Shown: positions 59,320-64,000 of the stretch, piece by piece | How the letters are laid out: each line of letters begins with the position of its first letter | How positions within the stretch are numbered: the first letter of the stretch is position 1 | Assembly (NCBI GenBank): GCA_963721235.1 | Contig: CAVRIK010000007.1 | Location: forward strand, 415,398-479,397 | Direction of reading: 5' to 3' | Source of the DNA: an uncultured Thermoleophilia bacterium | GTDB lineage: Bacteria; Actinomycetota; Thermoleophilia; Gaiellales; Gaiellaceae | DNA: 64,000 bases | The notes under the pieces: model-generated | What the model was told of the DNA's origin: nothing | Databases searched by the model: none | What the model saw: the letters and a program-made list of their open reading frames with translations, nothing else | Made by a program: the position numbers and the translations under genes

Positions 59320-62300
59320 CTACGGCAGCGGCACGGCCGGCAGCGCGACGACTCCGAGACGCTCGAGGATCGCCTCCGCCTCGGTCGTCTCCTCCTCGGA
59401 CGCGAAACCGGTCAGGCCCTTCGCGTGCAGCGTGCGCCCGAGCTCGTACTCGGCGCCGAGCGACCGGGCGAGCCGCAGGCTCTCCTCGAAATGAGGCCCG
59501 GCCTCGGCGGGCCTGCGCGCCTGCACGGCCGCGAGGCCGAGCAGCCGCTCGAGCAGCGCCGAGCGGACGCCGAGCTCGCCGGTGCCGCGCATCCGTGCGA
59601 GGGCGGTCGTCGCCAGGTCGGCCACGTCGCCGTGGCGGCCCTCGAGCACGAACGCCTGCGCCCGGCGGGCGTCCGCCTCGATCAGGAAGCTCTCGGCCCC
59701 GAGCGCCTCGAGCATGGCCCGTGCATCGTCGAGGTATCGATGCGCCTCCGCGAATCGCCCCTCCTCGGCCGCGAGCCGGCCGAGGTTGATCATGACGAGC
59801 GCCTCCCCGACCGGGAACTTCGCAGCGCGGTAGGTGCGGAGGGCGACATCGAACAGCTCCGCCGCCTCGGCGAGGCGTCCCTGGTCGAGCAGGATCTCGG
59901 CGCGGTTGTTCGTCGCATGGCCGCCGGTCAGGACGTCCCCGGCCCGTCGCACGGTCTCCTCGGCGCGGTGGTAGAGCTCGAGCGCGTCGTCCCACGCGCC
60001 CTCGTAGTACGCGCGGACGCCCATGTTGTTGAGCACCGTCGCCTGCCGGTGCAGCAGGCCGAGCTCCTCGAAGATCGCGAGCGCGCGGTCGAGAAACTCC
60101 CGCGCAGGGCCGCCGCGATCGCCCTCGGCCGCGGCGCGAATGTAGTAGGCGTCCGCGAGCGTCGCCCGGTCGTCGAGCGCCGTCGCACCCTCGGCCGCCC
60201 GGCCCGCGCAGGCCGCGCACTCGTCGATCTTGCCCTGCCGGTAGAGGACGATCGCCCGGGCGAGCTCGAGGGCGACGGCCTCGGCGGCATCGGCGTCGGC
60301 GGCAGCGAGCTCGTACAGCTCGAGCGCCTCGTCGTAGCGTCCGCGCCGCTCGTCGACCACTCCTCGCTTGCGCAGCAGACGCGCCCGTGGCGCGCCGTGG
60401 TCGAGAGCCCGGCTGTAGGCCGTGTCCGCCTCGTCGTAGTGCGCGGCGAGCTCGCGCACGTCGCCGAGCGCCTCGCAGACCCTCGCGACGTCGTCGCCCG
60501 GGGGCGCGAAGTGCTCCGCCGCGGCAAGAGCACGCTCGTAGAGCGTCGCAGCATCGACGTTCGCGTACTTCGACCGTGCGTCGTCGCCGGCGGTGACCGC
60601 GTACGACCACGCCTCGTCGTGGCGGCCCGCTTCGAGGAAGTGGAGCGAGAGAACGTCGGCGGCAGCCGGGCCGGCAGCGGCCCTGCGCTCGAGCGCCTCG
60701 CCCACGCGTGCGTGGATCTCCCGGCGCCGCGAGAACGCGAGGCCGTCGTATGCGGCGGTGCGCACCAGGTCGTGGCGGAAGCGCAGAAGCGACGGCCCGG
60801 CCCAGTCGACGAAGTCGGCGAGGCGCACCCACTGCTCCGGATCGGTCGCCTCGTCGGGGAGGATCTCGGCGAGCAGATCGAGATCGAAGCTCGGCCCGAT
60901 CACCGACGCGTGCCGCAGCAGCAGCCGGTCGTTCGCGTCCAACGTGTCGATCCGGATCGTCAGCAGCGATTCCACCGTCTCCGGCAGGGCATCGTCGTCG
61001 GCCGGGGCCAGCGCCAGCTCGCGGATGAAGAGCGGGTTGCCCGCGGCGCGCTCGGCGACCGCGGCGAGCTGCTCCTCGGAGAGCGCAATGTCGCCCGCCG
61101 CCGCCAGAGCGAGCGCCCGGGCCTCGTCGAGGCCGAGCGGCTGCAGCTTGAGCACGTCGACCCCGGCCGAGTCGAGCGGCGGCCCCGACGGCCGGCGCGT
61201 GACGACGACGACCCAGGGCCTTGGGCCCGGCTGCGCGAGCTTCGCGAGCACGAGCTGCGAGGCATCGTCGAGCCAGTGCACGTCCTCGACGAGCAGCACG
61301 GTCGGCATCAGCAGCATGCGGGCGAGAAGCTGGTCGAGAGCGTCGTGCAGGCGGTCGCGCCGGAACACGGGGTCGATCTCGTCGACCTCGGGCGTGCTCG
61401 CGACGTCGGCGTCGAACGGCAGCGCGAGCAGCGGCAGCCAGTGCGCGAGGTCGGGCATCACGGTCTGCACGAACGCCGTGAGCTTCGCGCCCGCGCTCTC
61501 CCCCGATTCGTCGGGCAGGACGCCGATCAGCGGCCGGAGGAGCGCCCGCAGCGGCCCGAACGGAGTCGAGGACGAATACGGCTCGCAGCGCGCGCGCAGG
61601 ATCTGGAAGCCGACGGCACCGGAGGTGAGCTCCTCGACGAGGCGCGACTTGCCTGCGCCCGGCTCCCCGACGATCTCCACCGCCCGGCTCTGGCGCCCCC
61701 GCGCGGCGTTGAGCGCGTCCAGCAGGACGGCGAGCTCGAGCTCCCGGCCGACGAGTGGCAGCAGCGGGCGCGCCTCCTCGACCGCCTCACCGGCCTCGGC
61801 ACCGACAGCGTGACCCGTGACGGGCTTGGCCTTCCCCTTCATCAGGAACTGGCGGCTCGTCGACTCGAACCTGGTCCGCGCGCGCTGGAGCACGTCGCCC
61901 GTCGCGAGGATCTCTCCCTGCTCGGCACGTGCGGCGAGCCTGGCCGCGAGGTTCACCGTGTCGCCCATGACGGCGTAGGTCGTGCGGCTCGGCGAGCCGA
62001 TCGGCCCCGCGAGGACTCGGCCGCGGTTCACGCCGACGGCAATCGGCGGGCCGGCGCCGGCGTCGACGATCCGACGCAACACACGAAGCATCCGGTCCTC
62101 GTCGTCGCCCGCGCTCGCGGGCGCTCCCGCGACGAGATAGAGCTTGCCCCCGTCGCGGTCGATGTCGGACTCGAGCCAGGTGACGCCGAGGTCGACCGTC
62201 TCGGAGGAGACGACGTCTGCGAGCGCGGCGAGCGCCGCTGCCGCCGCCTCGGGCGCCTCCACCAGCCGGTCGGTCCCCTTGAACTTCACGAACGCCGCCG

Positions 62301-63063
62301 TCGCCTGGCGGTGCTCCGCCTCGATCGCGCCCGTCGCGATCGGGCCCCGCAGCGCCGGGGGCAGGAGCGCCGACAGGTCGTCGTCCCCGTCGGGCTCGTC
62401 CGGGAGAGGCGGCAACTCGGTGTCCACCGCCTCACGCCGGAGCAGGAAGGCGCCGTCCCGCTCCGCAGCGACCAGTCCCTCGAGCGACACCGCCGTACGT
62501 GCCGAGACCAGGATCTCGCCCGGCTCCGCCGCGTCTTCGAGCGCGAGCGTCGCCGAGGCGGACGGCCCGCACACGATCAGCTCGCGGTGATGGCGGCCGA
62601 CGAGGAAGAAGTGGCACGGGCCCGACACGAGCCCGGCCGCCATCCCGAGGCGCACGGGCCCGACGCTCGATTCGCCCGCGGCGGACTCGGTGACGAACGC
62701 CTGCATCGCCAGCGCGGCGCGCGCGGCGCGCTCCTCGTGCCCGTCGCCGTCGAAGAGCAGCAGCAGCGCGTCGCCGCGGAACTTGAGCACGTCGCCGCCG
62801 TAGCGCCTCCCGATGTCGATCAGGCCGGAATAGCTCCGGCTGATCAGCATGATCAGCTCCTCGGCGCCGAGCTTGCCGCGCTCCGCCAGGCGCTCCGAGA
62901 GCGCCGTGAACCCCGAGATGTCGAGGCCGAGCAGCGAGGCGTCGAGCACCCGGACCTGCTCCTCGGCGTGGTCTCTCTGCCAGGTCGCGGCGAGGCGCGA
63001 GACGAAGGGCCGCAGGGCGGAAGCGACCGCGGTCGGCACGCCCGCGTCAGCCGCTCCACTCAT
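59320..63063 (-). CDS. tandem class III nucleotidyl cyclase domains fused to a STAND-type AAA ATPase and TPR repeats
   Basis: 1,247 aa. Cyclase domain 1 (LGLDISGFT, KFRGDALLLLF). Cyclase domain 2 (MGDTVNLAARL). Walker A GEPGAGKS and Walker B VLLVEDVHWLD. Long C-terminal TPR-like helical repeats and no HTH. Confidence 0.9.
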   Translation of the reverse strand: MSGAADAGVPTAVASALRPFVSRLAATWQRDHAEEQVRVLDASLLGLDISGFTALSERLAERGKLGAEELIMLISRSYSGLIDIGRRYGGDVLKFRGDALLLLFDGDGHEERAARAALAMQAFVTESAAGESSVGPVRLGMAAGLVSGPCHFFLVGRHHRELIVCGPSASATLALEDAAEPGEILVSARTAVSLEGLVAAERDGAFLLRREAVDTELPPLPDEPDGDDDLSALLPPALRGPIATGAIEAEHRQATAAFVKFKGTDRLVEAPEAAAAALAALADVVSSETVDLGVTWLESDIDRDGGKLYLVAGAPASAGDDEDRMLRVLRRIVDAGAGPPIAVGVNRGRVLAGPIGSPSRTTYAVMGDTVNLAARLAARAEQGEILATGDVLQRARTRFESTSRQFLMKGKAKPVTGHAVGAEAGEAVEEARPLLPLVGRELELAVLLDALNAARGRQSRAVEIVGEPGAGKSRLVEELTSGAVGFQILRARCEPYSSSTPFGPLRALLRPLIGVLPDESGESAGAKLTAFVQTVMPDLAHWLPLLALPFDADVASTPEVDEIDPVFRRDRLHDALDQLLARMLLMPTVLLVEDVHWLDDASQLVLAKLAQPGPRPWVVVVTRRPSGPPLDSAGVDVLKLQPLGLDEARALALAAAGDIALSEEQLAAVAERAAGNPLFIRELALAPADDDALPETVESLLTIRIDTLDANDRLLLRHASVIGPSFDLDLLAEILPDEATDPEQWVRLADFVDWAGPSLLRFRHDLVRTAAYDGLAFSRRREIHARVGEALERRAAAGPAAADVLSLHFLEAGRHDEAWSYAVTAGDDARSKYANVDAATLYERALAAAEHFAPPGDDVARVCEALGDVRELAAHYDEADTAYSRALDHGAPRARLLRKRGVVDERRGRYDEALELYELAAADADAAEAVALELARAIVLYRQGKIDECAACAGRAAEGATALDDRATLADAYYIRAAAEGDRGGPAREFLDRALAIFEELGLLHRQATVLNNMGVRAYYEGAWDDALELYHRAEETVRRAGDVLTGGHATNNRAEILLDQGRLAEAAELFDVALRTYRAAKFPVGEALVMINLGRLAAEEGRFAEAHRYLDDARAMLEALGAESFLIEADARRAQAFVLEGRHGDVADLATTALARMRGTGELGVRSALLERLLGLAAVQARRPAEAGPHFEESLRLARSLGAEYELGRTLHAKGLTGFASEEETTEAEAILERLGVVALPAVPLP

Positions 63064-63113
63064 CCTTCAGAGGGTACGACAGTTCGCGGGTGAGATCGAG
63101 CCGCGGGTCGCGG

Positions 63114-63530
63114 CTACACAGCGTTGTGCGCCAGGCGCTCGGCGAGCGCCTGCATGACCTTCTCGTTCACGGACGGCATCGCCTGTGTGACCCGGCGAAA
63201 GGCCCGGTCCGTGAGGATCAGCAGATGGCACGGCGCGGTCGAGGTGACGGTCGCCGTGCGGGGAGCGCCGGTCAGGAGCGCGATCTCCCCGAGGAAATCG
63301 CCGTCGCCCAGCCTGTTGATCGTCCGCCCCTGGCGCTGCACCTCCGCCTCGCCGTCGACGATCACCACGAACTCGCGGCCGCTTTCGCCCTCGACGGTGA
63401 GGGCGCGTCCCGCCGGCATGTCGAGCTCGTCGGCTTCGACTGCGATCGCCTCCAGCTCCTTCTTCGAGCAGCGTGCGAAGAGCGGCACGGTCTTCAGAAG
63501 CTCCACCTTCGCGTTTCGTCGCAGCGCCAT
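63114..63530 (-). CDS. stand-alone cyclic nucleotide-binding domain protein with canonical phosphate-binding cassette
   Basis: ORF 63114..63926 trimmed to the ATG at 63530; 138 aa. LLKTVPLFARCSKKELEAIA ... FLGEIALLTGAPRTATV. Confidence 0.85.
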   Translation of the reverse strand: MALRRNAKVELLKTVPLFARCSKKELEAIAVEADELDMPAGRALTVEGESGREFVVIVDGEAEVQRQGRTINRLGDGDFLGEIALLTGAPRTATVTSTAPCHLLILTDRAFRRVTQAMPSVNEKVMQALAERLAHNAV

Positions 63531-63560
63531 CGCGCGGATCCTAGTCGACACGGCCGGCCA

Positions 63561-63595
63561 GGACATGTCCCGGGGACAGTCCCCGGGACATGTCC
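63561..63595. promoter_or_regulatory. 35-bp perfect palindrome GGACATGTCC-CGGGGAC-A-GTCCCCG-GGACATGTCC in a divergent promoter region
   Basis: Read directly: 17-1-17 with no mismatch, and each flanking decamer is itself self-complementary. It lies 31-65 nt upstream of the CNB gene's ATG and 53-87 nt upstream of the MBL gene's ATG. Confidence 0.6.
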
Positions 63596-63647
63596 GAAAC
63601 GAACAGACCACGGCGCCCCCGGTGCCTCGTCTACGGTTCCACCCGCG

Positions 63648-64000
63648 ATGAAGGCACGGATCTGGGGATGCCGCGGCTCGCTCGCCACACCGGGCGAGAC
63701 CACTCTGCGCTACGGCGGCAACACGACGTGCCTGGAAGTGAGGAGCGCCGGCGGCGCGGTCGTCGTGCTCGACGCGGGCACCGGCATCCGCGATCTCGGC
63801 CGCAAGCTCGCACAGGAGTCGCTCCACCAGATCGACCTGCTCCTCACCCATCTGCATCTCGACCACATCGAAGGGCTCGGATTCTTCGCGCTGCTGTTCG
63901 ATCCGGAGTCGACGATCAAGATTCACGGCCCGCGGCCGACCAACGGGACACTCAAGGAAAAGATCGCCGCCTATCTCTCGCCGCCGTACTTCCCGGTGCC
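63648..64000 (+). CDS. MBL-fold metallohydrolase (partial; continues past the window end)
   Basis: Not in the ORF track because there is no stop. Manual translation from the ATG at 63648 reads MKARIWGCRGSLATPGETTLRYGGNTTCLEV ... LLLTHLHLDHIEGLGFF (HxHxDH motif). Confidence 0.8.
   Translation, partial: MKARIWGCRGSLATPGETTLRYGGNTTCLEVRSAGGAVVVLDAGTGIRDLGRKLAQESLHQIDLLLTHLHLDHIEGLGFFALLFDPESTIKIHGPRPTNGTLKEKIAAYLSPPYFPV

Noticed and set aside
59425-63093. 1,222-aa plus-strand ORF
   Set aside because: It is antisense to the cyclase-STAND-TPR gene and has an Arg/Glu/Gly-rich low-complexity composition without motifs.
59320-63530. Pycsar-like anti-phage system (cyclase plus CNB-domain effector)
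   Set aside because: The CNB protein has no TM, TIR or other killing domain. The cyclase is a 1,247-aa STAND/TPR signalling protein rather than a small PycC-type cyclase. No mobile-element context is visible. A regulatory cAMP module is more parsimonious, although I cannot exclude a defence role without homology searches.
1-64000. Search for tRNA, rRNA, transposase, integrase, phage genes or terminal inverted repeats
   Set aside because: I could find no T-loop-like GGTTCGAATCC-type sequence and no rRNA-like stretch. No ORF has DDE, tyrosine-recombinase or serine-recombinase hallmarks. The window appears to be core or accessory metabolic chromosome rather than a mobile island.

Overview
This is a G+C-rich, very tightly packed chromosomal segment. 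The gene content suggests Actinomycetota (inference only; no GC value was computed). I found no rRNA, tRNA, CRISPR array, transposase or integrase. About 60 protein genes are supportable, and many are joined by ATGA, GTGA or TTGA start/stop overlaps, which I used to trim the over-long, Arg-rich ORFs in the track.

Main blocks:
- 1-7.8 kb: a Liv/HAAT-type ABC importer with a TIM-barrel isomerase, two tandem PanE-like reductases and a divergent GntR regulator.
- 8.8-26.4 kb: a run of 16 co-directional genes. It holds a second Liv-type importer, a class V PLP enzyme, a three-subunit molybdenum hydroxylase plus CoxG (not a true CO dehydrogenase by its active-site loop), an LLM oxidoreductase, M20, FAH and M24 hydrolases, a LeuA/NifV-type enzyme and an FAD oxidoreductase.
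- 29.1-37.0 kb: a four-subunit group-3b-like [NiFe] hydrogenase operon carrying an embedded cyclic-nucleotide-binding-domain gene and a cysteine-free HypA-like gene. It faces a divergent hypC-hypC'-hypD-hypE operon.
- 38.9-40.6 kb: a SulP permease pseudogene.
- 41.7-46.4 kb: small signalling genes, an unusually gene-poor stretch, and a membrane GGDEF/HD-GYP protein.
- 49.7-57.6 kb: a gene for a secreted protein of about 2,600 aa. It combines a beta-helix, perfect PINGL pentapeptide arrays, a PPC domain, a gingipain-like His/Cys domain, Ig-like domains and a TolB-type propeller.
- 57.6-59.3 kb: an arsR / arsC-aquaporin locus.
- 59.3-64.0 kb: a cAMP-type module. It has a tandem-cyclase STAND/TPR protein, a canonical CNB protein, a 35-bp perfect palindrome and a divergent MBL hydrolase.

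All calls come from reading the translations by eye. No database search was run.
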